Source: a virus. From it: DNA of 40,270 nucleotides. Below are positions 26,516-35,505 of the stretch, piece after piece. The stretch lies in the UHGV virus genome UHGV-0384247; one strand, written 5' to 3'. Each line of letters opens with the position of its first letter. Position 1 is the stretch's first letter. Both the position numbers and the translations under genes were made by a program. The notes beneath the pieces are model-generated. The model searched no databases. It was not told where the DNA came from and saw nothing but the letters and a program-made list of their open reading frames with translations.

Positions 26516-26977
26516 TCATATCATTTCCATGACCGCTAAATTAGGAATAAAATAGATAACATAATTATCTACAGCAATATACTCACCATATTTTCCTTTA
26601 TAGCAGTCAATAGCTTCTTGCAGATATTCTTCCGTGACATGTAGATGTTCTGCAACCTCATATCTATTTTGGCATCCGGCATTAAAAGCTGATATGATGC
26701 CTCGCAATCCAATCATCCGGTTATACCCGTGCAATCTTCCTTTTTGTTCTTGCTTCATATTTTCAATATCTTGTAGATCAAAGATATCACCGACAGCAGT
26801 ATGGTGATGTCCGATTTCTTCAGCTAAGACGCAAGCCTTTTCTGCGGATGTTTTCAACCTGTTGGATATCGCAATTCTATTTCTGTATATTAAACCATCA
26901 CTGCCGGAAAGAGTCTTTTCGCGGACAATCAGCCCGCTACTATTCGCCTCTTCCAAAAGTTCTTCATAAACTGTCAT
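26516..26977 (-). CDS. ImmA/IrrE-family metallopeptidase
   Basis: HExxH within EEIGHHHTAV; located just downstream of the XRE repressor, as in ImmR-ImmA modules. Confidence 0.75.
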   Translation of the reverse strand: MTVYEELLEEANSSGLIVREKTLSGSDGLIYRNRIAISNRLKTSAEKACVLAEEIGHHHTAVGDIFDLQDIENMKQEQKGRLHGYNRMIGLRGIISAFNAGCQNRYEVAEHLHVTEEYLQEAIDCYKGKYGEYIAVDNYVIYFIPNLAVMEMI

Positions 26978-26981
26978 TGTA

Positions 26982-27458
26982 TCACTCCCATTCAGAGTCA
27001 TCCATCATGATGTCTTTATCGTGTTTTCTCATTTCATCTGTTACTTTAATATCGGTGCGCTCATGAGCTGCTAATACTTCTAGATGGTTACTTGACATAG
27101 AGTAACGATCAATCAGAGTTAATTCCTCTAAACGTTTGTAAGCTTCTTTTTTCCCGAAATCATTTAACAAGTTATATAACTCCAATAAAGCCTTTTCTGA
27201 TTTTGAAATATATTCGATTGTTCCATTTCCCGTAAATAAATTTACTGTAGCTTTGTTTTTATCCCATCCCATTATATAAGATGGAGAAACATTTCCCAAA
27301 TCAGCAGCAGCTTCTATCTTGTCTGATGGTATATTGGTTATAATATTGTTTTCATATTTATACAATGTTTGCTTTGATACATTTATTTTGTCAGCAAAAT
27401 CAACTTGACTCATTCCGAGTTTCATTCTAATCTCTTTAATTCTTTCTCCAACCGTCAC
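26982..27458 (-). CDS. XRE-family phage repressor (CI/ImmR-like)
   Basis: HTH_XRE QVDFADKINVSKQTLYKYENN; C-terminal domain; likely GTG start with AAGGAG at an 8-nt spacer (the track ORF starts further upstream, at 27536). Confidence 0.75.
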   Translation of the reverse strand: MTVGERIKEIRMKLGMSQVDFADKINVSKQTLYKYENNIITNIPSDKIEAAADLGNVSPSYIMGWDKNKATVNLFTGNGTIEYISKSEKALLELYNLLNDFGKKEAYKRLEELTLIDRYSMSSNHLEVLAAHERTDIKVTDEMRKHDKDIMMDDSEWE

Positions 27459-27529
27459 ATCAATTGCTCCTTTCTTATGAAGTAACTTAATGATAACACA
27501 AAAATGTAATAAAATCAATAAAAAATATC

Positions 27530-27557
27530 TTGACAAGTTACAAATATGTGATATACT
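27530..27557 (+). promoter_or_regulatory. early rightward sigma-A promoter: TTGACA, 16 nt, TG-n-TATACT (extended -10)
   Basis: read directly; the flanking ACAAAAATGTAATA / ACAAATATGTGATA direct repeats are candidate operators. Confidence 0.55.
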
Positions 27558-27590
27558 AAGGGTAACTTAAAAAGATACGGAGGTGATACG

Positions 27591-27791
27591 GTGATAAAAA
27601 CAAATGAGTTAAGAGGCGTAATTGCTAAGAATGGATATTCTCAGTCGGATGTGGCTGGAATGATTGGAATTACGCCAAAAACGTTTTATGAAAAAATGAA
27701 AAACGGAGTTTTTGGAAGTAATGAAATACAAATTATGATAGACAGACTTCATATCGAAGACCCGGTTTCAATTTTTTTTGCCAAAGAGTAA
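27591..27791 (+). CDS. Cro-like small HTH regulator
   Basis: 66 aa; GTG start with GGAGGTG; divergent from the repressor. Confidence 0.5.
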   Translation: MIKTNELRGVIAKNGYSQSDVAGMIGITPKTFYEKMKNGVFGSNEIQIMIDRLHIEDPVSIFFAKE

Positions 27792-27819
27792 CTTTTAAAG
27801 ATACTTTGGAGGAGGAATA

Positions 27820-28476
27820 ATGACAGAACTCGTATATTTAAAAAATGATGAAGCAGTGTGTGACAGCTTACAGGTGGCTGAGAAGTTTCATAAAGAGCAC
27901 AGAAACGTGTTGCAAAATATAGATAATCTCATTGCTGAAAATTCAGCAGTGCAAAATATGTTCAGGCAATCACATTACAAAGCAGACAATGGTCAGTCAT
28001 ACAGGAAGTTTTATATGAACCGCGATGGCTTTTCGCTTCTGGCAATGGGGTTCACCGGTAAGAAAGCTCTTGAATGGAAATTGCAGTACATCAAAGCATT
28101 TAATCAGATGGAAGCGTTCATCAAAGAAAAGACAACTCAGACATGGGTAGAAACAAGAAAAGCCGGAAAACTGACCAGAAGAGCAGAGACAGACACCATT
28201 CAGAAGTTAGTGGAATACGCAAAAGAACAGGGGAGTACACACGCAGAGATGCTTTACATGACCTATTCAAAACTGGCAAATAAGATGGCTGGAATTGGAA
28301 AACGTGATGAAGCAACAGTTATGCAGCTGAACAATCTTTCGTTGATGGAAAACATCATTCTCCATGTGATCGACACTGGAATACTGACTGGAAAACATTA
28401 CAAGGAGATTTATCAGGAGTGTAAGAAGAGACTGGAAACCGTGAAGGATCTGGCTTACCTGGAATCAGTGGCGTAG
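27820..28476 (+). CDS. Rha-family phage regulatory protein / antirepressor
   Basis: N-terminal LVYLKNDEAVCDSLQVAEKFHKEHRNVLQNIDNL matches the pRha pattern. Confidence 0.6.
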   Translation: MTELVYLKNDEAVCDSLQVAEKFHKEHRNVLQNIDNLIAENSAVQNMFRQSHYKADNGQSYRKFYMNRDGFSLLAMGFTGKKALEWKLQYIKAFNQMEAFIKEKTTQTWVETRKAGKLTRRAETDTIQKLVEYAKEQGSTHAEMLYMTYSKLANKMAGIGKRDEATVMQLNNLSLMENIILHVIDTGILTGKHYKEIYQECKKRLETVKDLAYLESVA

Positions 28477-28532
28477 CCGATTACTTCGGTGTATCAGTTG
28501 AGTATTTCTTGGAGTAGGAGGCAGAAAGAAAA

Positions 28533-28820
28533 ATGAAATGTCCTAAATGTGGAGAAGAAAAGAGAGTCAGAGGTAATGATTCATTTTGTTGGAAATGCGG
28601 TTTTCCGTTAAATGCAGCAGCACGCGATGGAAATGTGCTGGAGTTAAGATCCTTTTTTCTGGATGTTGATTCAGGCGTGATGCTTGTGAATGGGAAAGAA
28701 GTAAATAATGTGACCGCATTTTCCTTTGCATTAGATAAGGGAAAATACGGTCTGTCGATAACACTAGATAACCATTTTCAAGCTATTGCATCGTTAAATA
28801 CTGGAACAAAAGTTTCATAA
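28533..28820 (+). CDS. hypothetical protein with an N-terminal zinc ribbon (CPKCG...CWKCG)
   Basis: 95 aa; strong RBS GGAGTAGGAGG. Confidence 0.4.
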   Translation: MKCPKCGEEKRVRGNDSFCWKCGFPLNAAARDGNVLELRSFFLDVDSGVMLVNGKEVNNVTAFSFALDKGKYGLSITLDNHFQAIASLNTGTKVS

Positions 28821-29337
28821 CTAGCTCTGGGAGCCAATGATGTTTAGATAAAATGTCACTAAATTTTGATAAAAATCCCTTTTTTAATGGCGTGTCATTT
28901 TCTGTTAAAGCCTCTATATATGAAATCAATTTTTCGGCTTCAACAGTATCTTTTGAAGAAATGTTTTGTGAATGGATAAAAGAAAGGGCTTCTTCAAAAG
29001 AGATGCCATTGTTTACGGTGATACATCCGGTATTGCTAATAGCTGAACCTGTAACAGGTGCATTAAAAATATTAGTTTGCGCAGTTGGATTCAGAGCAGA
29101 TTCAAATTCTTTATAATTTATACCTTTATGAGTAATTTGGTGAACAAAGCTACCACTCTTATAAAATTTGATTTTGACATATCCTTCATCTTCCAGGTAT
29201 CTCAATGCAGCATCTACTTTGAAGATAGGTAGTTGAGTGGCATCTGCTATGGTGGCAAAATTTATCATTTCTGAATTTTGATTTTGAAAAACAGAAGCAA
29301 GATAATCAAGAATAACTTTAGAATCATTAGTGATCAT
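28783..29337 (-). CDS. hypothetical protein with a winged-helix-like N-terminus, transcribed against the early operon (moron)
   Basis: 185 aa from an ATG with AAAGGA; convergent with the upstream gene and overlaps its end. Confidence 0.45.
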   Translation of the reverse strand: MITNDSKVILDYLASVFQNQNSEMINFATIADATQLPIFKVDAALRYLEDEGYVKIKFYKSGSFVHQITHKGINYKEFESALNPTAQTNIFNAPVTGSAISNTGCITVNNGISFEEALSFIHSQNISSKDTVEAEKLISYIEALTENDTPLKKGFLSKFSDILSKHHWLPELVMKLLFQYLTMQ

Positions 29338-29392
29338 AGTGTCATATCCTTTCGTATTTGATAAGGAGATTATAGCACAGACAGGAGGAATA

Positions 29393-30154
29393 ATGAACAA
29401 TTTAACAGTATTCGAGCAAAACGGTCAGCTACTCACCGACAGTAGAGAAGTAGCAATGATGGTAGGAAAAGACCATGCAAAACTTTTAAGAAATATAAGA
29501 GAGTATTGCAAACATTTGAACGAATCCAATTTTGGATTGGTTGATTTCTTCATCGAATCAGCTTACACGGATTCAAAGGGAGAAGTAAGACCATGTTACC
29601 TCTGCACAAAGAAAGGATGCGACATGATCGCCAACAAAATGACCGGAAAGAAAGGTGTCATTTTCACAGCTACATATATTGAAGCATTCGAGAAGATGAA
29701 AGACTTCATCGAAAAAGGGACGCAGTACGTAGGCATTCCGTTAAAAGAACAGGTGGAATCACTGGAAGTAGTAGCAAGCATGCTGAGAATGAACGATGCA
29801 AGCAAATTGCTGATGCTGAAAGGGTTCTATGATTCTTACCATATTCCGACAGGGTTCTTACCGAATTATGAGTTTAACGGAAATAGGGAAATGAAGTCAC
29901 TCACAGCACTGCTGAAAGAAAATAATCTCGGAATCAGTGCGGTGCAGTTCAATAAGAAACTTCTATCTTCCGGAATCTTGGAAGAAAAGGAACGCCAGTC
30001 AAGTAAGGGAAGAGTGAAGAAGTTCAAATCACTGACAGAGAAAGGTTTGAAATACGGTGAAAATGCAGTCAGTCCTCATAATCAGAAAGAAGTGCAGCCA
30101 TTGTATTACAGTGACACGTTCAACGAACTATTTGAGATGGTGATGACCGCCTAG
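29393..30154 (+). CDS. Rha/KilAC-type antirepressor paralog
   Basis: N-terminal LTVFEQNGQLLTDSREVAMMVGKDHAKLLRNIREY; ATG with GGAGGA. Confidence 0.55.
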   Translation: MNNLTVFEQNGQLLTDSREVAMMVGKDHAKLLRNIREYCKHLNESNFGLVDFFIESAYTDSKGEVRPCYLCTKKGCDMIANKMTGKKGVIFTATYIEAFEKMKDFIEKGTQYVGIPLKEQVESLEVVASMLRMNDASKLLMLKGFYDSYHIPTGFLPNYEFNGNREMKSLTALLKENNLGISAVQFNKKLLSSGILEEKERQSSKGRVKKFKSLTEKGLKYGENAVSPHNQKEVQPLYYSDTFNELFEMVMTA

Positions 30155-30211
30155 CCGGCTCTGACCCGGTGTAAATTCAGAGGACAGAATACAAGAAAGA
30201 GAGGTAAAACA

Positions 30212-30472
30212 TTGATGAAATTAAAAAAGAGATTAGAGAACCTAGAAAGAAAAAGCTTTTATTACGATTATATTACTAGAAAATACGTATCTGATAAAAA
30301 CTTATTCGATGAGTTCGACAAAATTGATTCTGAATTTAGAATTTCAGAATTGGAAAAGCGAGCAGATAAAAAAAGTACCTGCCCGCTACGGATTATCTTA
30401 ATCCTTGCAATCTCCGCTTTAATGTTGCTTGTTGTTCAGCTTTTTTTGAAATTTCGTCAGTCAAGTCATTAG
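30212..30472 (+). CDS. small protein with a C-terminal TM helix
   Basis: 86 aa; hydrophobic ILILAISALMLLVVQLFL. Confidence 0.3.
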   Translation: MMKLKKRLENLERKSFYYDYITRKYVSDKNLFDEFDKIDSEFRISELEKRADKKSTCPLRIILILAISALMLLVVQLFLKFRQSSH

Positions 30473-30596
30473 ATTTGAGAATTCGAATTAAAGAGTCTGT
30501 TAAAACTTCTTCTAATTCGGATTTTGTAATCGTTTCATTTTTACAACATGTGTTCACACAGTCGGAAACGATATTTTTAATAGTTGTATCAAGCAT
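30393..30596 (-). CDS. small hypothetical protein whose 3' end overlaps the previous ORF convergently
   Basis: internal ATG with AGGAGA; one of the two overlapping ORFs may be spurious. Confidence 0.2.
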   Translation of the reverse strand: MLDTTIKNIVSDCVNTCCKNETITKSELEEVLTDSLIRILKSNDLTDEISKKAEQQATLKRRLQGLR

Positions 30597-30703
30597 AACA
30601 TTTCTCCTTTCGTAATACTCGGACATGCCAGTGTCCTGTATTTACAGTATAGGAGATATGGAAACAAATGACAATAAAGATTCAAAACAGGAGGTAAAAG
30701 AGA

Positions 30704-31477
30704 TTGAATGAATTATTCACAATCAACGCAGATGGTAATGAACCGACCGTATCAGCAAGAGACTTACACAAGGCTCTTGGAATAAGAAAAAGATTTTCTG
30801 AGTGGTTCGAAAAGAATTCACAAGGATTTATTGAAAACGAAGATTTCTCCAACCCGTACCTAAAAGTACGAGTTCAGATTGAGGGTGGTAGAGAAGTTCA
30901 AAGGGAGGTCGAAGATTTTGATTTATCAGTAGACATGGCAAAGCACATCTGCCTTATGTGTAGAACTGATAAAGGAAAAGAATGCCGACAAAGATTAATT
31001 GACCTCGAGAAAGCATGGAACACACCGGAACAGGTAATGGCAAGAGCCTTAAAGATGGCAGGAAAGACCATCGACAGCCTGAAAGACAGGTGCAAATTCC
31101 TTGGCGGACAAGTGGTAGAGCAACAGAAGCTAATTGAGGAGATGACACCGAAAGCGAACTATGTTGACCATATTCTGGAATCAAAATCGTTGGTAGCGAC
31201 TACGCAGATCGCCAAGGACTACGGAATGTCTGCGGTGAGATTTAACCGGATTTTGAATGATATGAAAATCCAGTACAAGGTTAATAAACAGTGGGTGCTC
31301 TACTCGAAATATCAGAATTGCGGCTATGTACATAGTAAAACAATCGATATTACAAGGAGCAACGGTGATCCGGATGTAACAATGCAGACACAGTGGACGC
31401 AAAAAGGACGCTTGTTTTTATATGAGGAACTTAAGAAAACCGGTATTTATCCAGTAATTGAGCAGAACGCAGCATAA
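30704..31477 (+). CDS. AntA-like antirepressor (AntA N-terminal domain with a KilAC-like C-terminus)
   Basis: N-terminus VSARDLHKALGIRKRFSEWFEKN matches the AntA pattern; RBS AGGAGGT. Confidence 0.55.
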   Translation: MNELFTINADGNEPTVSARDLHKALGIRKRFSEWFEKNSQGFIENEDFSNPYLKVRVQIEGGREVQREVEDFDLSVDMAKHICLMCRTDKGKECRQRLIDLEKAWNTPEQVMARALKMAGKTIDSLKDRCKFLGGQVVEQQKLIEEMTPKANYVDHILESKSLVATTQIAKDYGMSAVRFNRILNDMKIQYKVNKQWVLYSKYQNCGYVHSKTIDITRSNGDPDVTMQTQWTQKGRLFLYEELKKTGIYPVIEQNAA

Positions 31478-31487
31478 GGAGGTACAC

Positions 31488-31646
31488 ATGAGCGAAAAAG
31501 AAAAGGAAATCATCAGAAAAGTAGCGCAAGCACTGCCGGATATGTCCGACATGAATAAAGGATACTTTCTCGGCTTTGCGGAGGCTATGGCATCGCAGAA
31601 AAGCCAGAAAAAGGAAGAAGAAAATGAGGACAAGGAGAATGAATAG
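31488..31646 (+). CDS. small acidic hypothetical protein
   Basis: ATG with AAGGAGGT; 52 aa. Confidence 0.35.
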   Translation: MSEKEKEIIRKVAQALPDMSDMNKGYFLGFAEAMASQKSQKKEEENEDKENE

Positions 31647-31698
31647 GACAACATACCTCGGACAATCCATCTGGCATACATAGTAGAGGGGTGGTGAA

Positions 31699-31851
31699 AT
31701 GAAAGGAATCGAAGTAGTAAGCATGATCAAAATCAATGGTTCTTGGGTAAACCAGGAGGACTTAAGCAAAGAAGAGTTTTCTCAGATTTTGGAGAAAAAA
31801 TTAGACGAGACAATGAAAAATATAGGATTCGAAAGAAGAAAAACCGCCTAG
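31699..31851 (+). CDS. small hypothetical protein (50 aa)
   Basis: ATG with GAGGGGTGG; below the track cutoff. Confidence 0.25.
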   Translation: MKGIEVVSMIKINGSWVNQEDLSKEEFSQILEKKLDETMKNIGFERRKTA

Positions 31852-31873
31852 GCGGTAGAAAGGGAGGACAAGC

Positions 31874-32062
31874 ATGGAAATTAAAGGAACCTACCACTGC
31901 CAGACTACCAACCACCCCAACACATTAAATAGCTGGGACATCCGGTCAGTCTCTGTAGAGATGCCGGAAGTGCAGGACAAGCCTTACTGGATCAGAGTCG
32001 GTGCGATGGTGATCGGGTTTATCTTGGTAATGCTGGCGTGGTATCTGGTGTTTGGGTATTAA
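31874..32062 (+). CDS. small membrane protein (C-terminal TM)
   Basis: RBS AAGGGAGGA; hydrophobic VGAMVIGFILVMLAWYLVF. Confidence 0.35.
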   Translation: MEIKGTYHCQTTNHPNTLNSWDIRSVSVEMPEVQDKPYWIRVGAMVIGFILVMLAWYLVFGY

Positions 32063-32151
32063 AAAAGAGTGCTGTCACAGGGCGGCAACCCTCGAGCACT
32101 CAAGAAAAGTAAATCAGTTAAAGTATAGAGAAAATTTGAGGAAAAGTCAAA

Positions 32152-32810
32152 TGATTACAAAAACAATACTTAGCAACCATGAAGAATGGCTTAAAAATAG
32201 AAAAAATGGAATCGGCGGTTCTGAAATTGCCGCTGTAATCGGGAAGAATCCGTACATGACAAATGTGGAGTTGTGGGAGTTGAAAACTGGAAGAAAGGAA
32301 GCAAAAGACATTTCAAATCTTCCTTATATTAAATATGGTACACAGGCAGAGCCATTATTAAGAGAACTCTTCCGGCTGGACTTTCCAGAATACCAAGTGA
32401 GATATGAGGAAAACAACAGTTTTCGAAATGATAAATATCCCTGGGCGCAGGCTTCAGTAGATGGTTGGCTTTTTGATGGAGATGGGAGACTTGGAATCTG
32501 GGAATGTAAGACAACGAACATTTTAAACGGAAATATGAGAAAGAGATGGGACCACCAGATCCCGGATCATTATTATTGCCAGTGCTTGCTGTATATGGCA
32601 GTTCTTGAGGCTGATTTTTGCGAGTTAAAAGCGCAGCTAAAAAGTGAATATGCTGGTGAGGTATTCGTTCAAACAAAACATTACCATTTTGAACGGAAAG
32701 ATGTGAAAGAAGATATGGAATACCTGATGAAAGAAGGAAAACGATTCTGGGGATACGTGGAGCGAGATGAATGCCCGCCGCTTATCATTCCGGATGTAAT
32801 AAGAAGATAA
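32152..32810 (+). CDS. YqaJ-type viral recombination exonuclease (lambda Exo-like PD-(D/E)XK)
   Basis: WLKNRKNGIGGSEIAAVIG...PYMT..ELW is the YqaJ N-terminal signature; ATG at 32152 with GAGGAAAAG. Confidence 0.75.
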
Positions 32811-32823
32811 AGGAGAGAAAAAC

Positions 32824-33741
32824 ATGGAATTAAGAGTCAATGAAGTGAAAATGCCGGAGAAAATTACATTTAATTATGAAGAATTAAGGTCAGAAATACA
32901 GAAAATAGTAGAAGACCACAGTAATTTAGTGTACACCGGAGAGCAAATTAAGGATGCTAAATCAGATAAAGCAAGCTTGAATAAGCTAAAAAAAGCCTTA
33001 AATGACGAAAGAATAAGACTGGAAAAGGCTTATTTAGAGCCATTTAACGAATTTAAGACTCAAATTAACGCCTTAATTAAGCTTATTAACGATCCTATTA
33101 ACCTTATTGATAAGCAAATTAAGGAATTTGAAGAGTACGAGAAGCAGGAAAAACGAAAGCAAATCGAGGAACTCTGGAACAGTAAATCAACACCGTTCGA
33201 AATTTCTTTGGAATGTATTTTTGACAGTAGATGGTTAAATAAGACAACATCCATGAGGTCCATCGAAGATGTTATGAATGCATTTATCACAAGCGTGGAG
33301 AAAGATGTGGATACACTTTCAAAATTACCGGAATTTGGCTTTGAAGCATTAGAAGTCTATAAATCCACTCTGGATATCAACAGGGCGTTAAATGAAGGGC
33401 AGCGCCTAGCAGAAATACAGAGGAAAAAAGCAGAATACGAAGCAGAACAGGAAAAATTGAAAGCAGAGAAGGAAGCAAAAAATGAGGCAGAGTTCCAGAA
33501 GAAAGAAGAGGATCTTCCTGGACAGATTGGATTTACAGACGCAAAATCTTTTGAAGAATGCATGAATCCACCGGAAACAGAGATGGCAAAGTGCGTGACA
33601 GGGATTGAAAAGGAAGTATTTGAGGAGTGCGTAGCTAGGGAGCGCCAGTGGGTATCATTTCAGGCAAATTTAACAACAGAGGACGCTTTGGCATTAAAAG
33701 CATTTTTCAATAGCAGAAACATTGAATTCAAAGCAATTTAA
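32824..33741 (+). CDS. DUF1351-like coiled-coil protein frequently found between phage exo and recT
   Basis: 305 aa; coiled coils; position between the YqaJ and RecT genes. Confidence 0.45.
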   Translation: MELRVNEVKMPEKITFNYEELRSEIQKIVEDHSNLVYTGEQIKDAKSDKASLNKLKKALNDERIRLEKAYLEPFNEFKTQINALIKLINDPINLIDKQIKEFEEYEKQEKRKQIEELWNSKSTPFEISLECIFDSRWLNKTTSMRSIEDVMNAFITSVEKDVDTLSKLPEFGFEALEVYKSTLDINRALNEGQRLAEIQRKKAEYEAEQEKLKAEKEAKNEAEFQKKEEDLPGQIGFTDAKSFEECMNPPETEMAKCVTGIEKEVFEECVARERQWVSFQANLTTEDALALKAFFNSRNIEFKAI

Positions 33742-33759
33742 GAAAGAGAGGAAAAGAAA

Positions 33760-34605
33760 ATGGCAGTAGGAAATAGTTTAACAGCAAGAAAAAACACAGG
33801 AATCTCAGCATATTTGACACGGGAAGCAGTTAAAAACCAGATTAACAATGTGATTGGCGGGAAGAACGGTCAGAGATTTATTTCTGCAATTGTATCGGCT
33901 GTAAATAACAATGCAGCATTACAGGAATGCACAAATCAATCGATCCTTTCCGGTGCGCTGCTGGGTGAGTCGCTGAACCTTTCACCGTCTCCGCAGTTGG
34001 GACAGTATTACCTTGTGCCGTTTAATGACAGAAACAAAGGTAAGGTGGCGCAGTTTCAGCTTGGATATAAAGGGTATATCCAGCTCGCAATTCGTTCCGG
34101 ACAGTACAAAAAGCTGAACGTACTGGCGATTAAAGAGGGCGAGCTTGTCAGGTTTGATCCTCTGAACGAAGAGATTGAGGTACATCTGATCGAGGATGAA
34201 GAAGCGAGGGAACAGGCTGAAACAATCGGATATTATGCAATGTTTGAGTATACAAATGGGTTTAAAAAGGCGATCTATTGGAGCAAAAAGAAAATGGAAG
34301 CCCATGCATTAAAGTATTCCAAAGGATATCAGGCGAAAAAGGGATACACGTTCTGGGAAAAGGACTTTGACGGAATGGCATATAAAACTATGCTGCGTCA
34401 GCTGATCTCTAAATGGGGAATCATGTCTATCGATATGATGTCGGCAATGGATGCAGATATGGCAGTGATAAACGATGACGGAACAAAAACATACGTCGAT
34501 AACGATAGCGATGTGGAGATTATTGACATGGAACAGTCGCAGGAAGAAAAAACTGAATCTTCCGAAAGAGGACAGAGTGCAGCAGCGGCATTGTTTGGAA
34601 ATTAA
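33760..34605 (+). CDS. recT: RecT-family single-strand annealing recombinase
   Basis: ALQECTNQSILSGALLGESLNLSPSPQLGQYYLVPF...GYKGYIQLAIRSGQY matches the RecT core. Confidence 0.8.
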   Translation: MAVGNSLTARKNTGISAYLTREAVKNQINNVIGGKNGQRFISAIVSAVNNNAALQECTNQSILSGALLGESLNLSPSPQLGQYYLVPFNDRNKGKVAQFQLGYKGYIQLAIRSGQYKKLNVLAIKEGELVRFDPLNEEIEVHLIEDEEAREQAETIGYYAMFEYTNGFKKAIYWSKKKMEAHALKYSKGYQAKKGYTFWEKDFDGMAYKTMLRQLISKWGIMSIDMMSAMDADMAVINDDGTKTYVDNDSDVEIIDMEQSQEEKTESSERGQSAAAALFGN

Positions 34606-34618
34606 GAGGTGAATTGAT

Positions 34619-35029
34619 ATGAATAAAATTATTTTATGCGGACGACTGACGGCAGATATAGAAATGAGATACACAAATGACGGGAAAGCAGTAGCAAGTT
34701 TTAATTTTGCCGTAAACCGCAGATTTAAGAGGGACGGAGATCCAAGCACCGACTTTTTCCGGTGCGTAGCATTCGGAAAGATTGCGGAAACATTCGAAAA
34801 GTGCAATGTTGGAAAGGGAACGAAACTCTTAATTGATGGAGAAATGAGGAACAACAACTATGAAAAAGACGGTGTGAAGTATTATGGAATGCAGATGATT
34901 GTCAGTGGATTTGAGTTTTGCGAAAGCAATGGAAGCAGCGGACAGTCTGCTCCGCAATATGGACAGCCGGACCACGATGGATTCCAAAACGTCCCTGATG
35001 GAGTTGATGAAGAACTTCCGTTCATGTAG
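34619..35029 (+). CDS. ssb: single-stranded DNA-binding protein
   Basis: OB-fold N-terminus MNKIILCGRLTADIEMRYT; Gly/Gln-rich linker; acidic C-terminal tail DEELPFM. Confidence 0.85.
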   Translation: MNKIILCGRLTADIEMRYTNDGKAVASFNFAVNRRFKRDGDPSTDFFRCVAFGKIAETFEKCNVGKGTKLLIDGEMRNNNYEKDGVKYYGMQMIVSGFEFCESNGSSGQSAPQYGQPDHDGFQNVPDGVDEELPFM

Positions 35030-35038
35030 GGCGATCAC

Positions 35039-35155
35039 ATGAAGAAAACAAGAGAATGCATACATTGCGAGAGATTTTGGGAGTGCAAAGGCAAGGAAAA
35101 GGATGAGCCTTGCCTGCACTACAAAGAAAGGAAAGAAAATGGCAGTAAACAGTAA
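35039..35155 (+). CDS. 38-aa Cys-rich micro-ORF (CIHC...ECKG...PCLH)
   Basis: read directly; overlaps the next gene start; weak support. Confidence 0.2.
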   Translation: MKKTRECIHCERFWECKGKEKDEPCLHYKERKENGSKQ

Positions 35156-35501
35156 AAAGAAAGGTGCAAGATTTGAACGGGAATTAGCTGGTATCTTCCG
35201 TGATTATGGATATCAAGAAGCGCGCAGAACAGCGCAGTACTGTGGAAATACGGGTGATGCTTCTGACGTAGTCGGTCTACCTTTGATTCACGTGGAAGCA
35301 AAACACCAAGAGCAGATGCGGCTTTATGACTGGATGGATCAAGCAAAGAGAGATGCCGCAGCGAATAGAACAGGAAAGCTTCCTGCTGTATTCCATAAGA
35401 AAAACAATCATAAAATCCTTGTTACGATGGAGCTGGATGATTGGATGCAAATATACCGCGAATACCAATCTGGAATGCAGATAGATACAGAAAGGCTGTG
35501 A
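35139..35501 (+). CDS. Hjc/RecU-like Holliday junction resolvase (PD-(D/E)XK)
   Basis: KGARFERELAGIFRDYGY...DVVGLP...HVEAKH matches the archaeal-Hjc-type pattern; RBS AAGGAAAG. Confidence 0.55.
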   Translation: MAVNSKKKGARFERELAGIFRDYGYQEARRTAQYCGNTGDASDVVGLPLIHVEAKHQEQMRLYDWMDQAKRDAAANRTGKLPAVFHKKNNHKILVTMELDDWMQIYREYQSGMQIDTERL

Positions 35502-35505
35502 TTTA

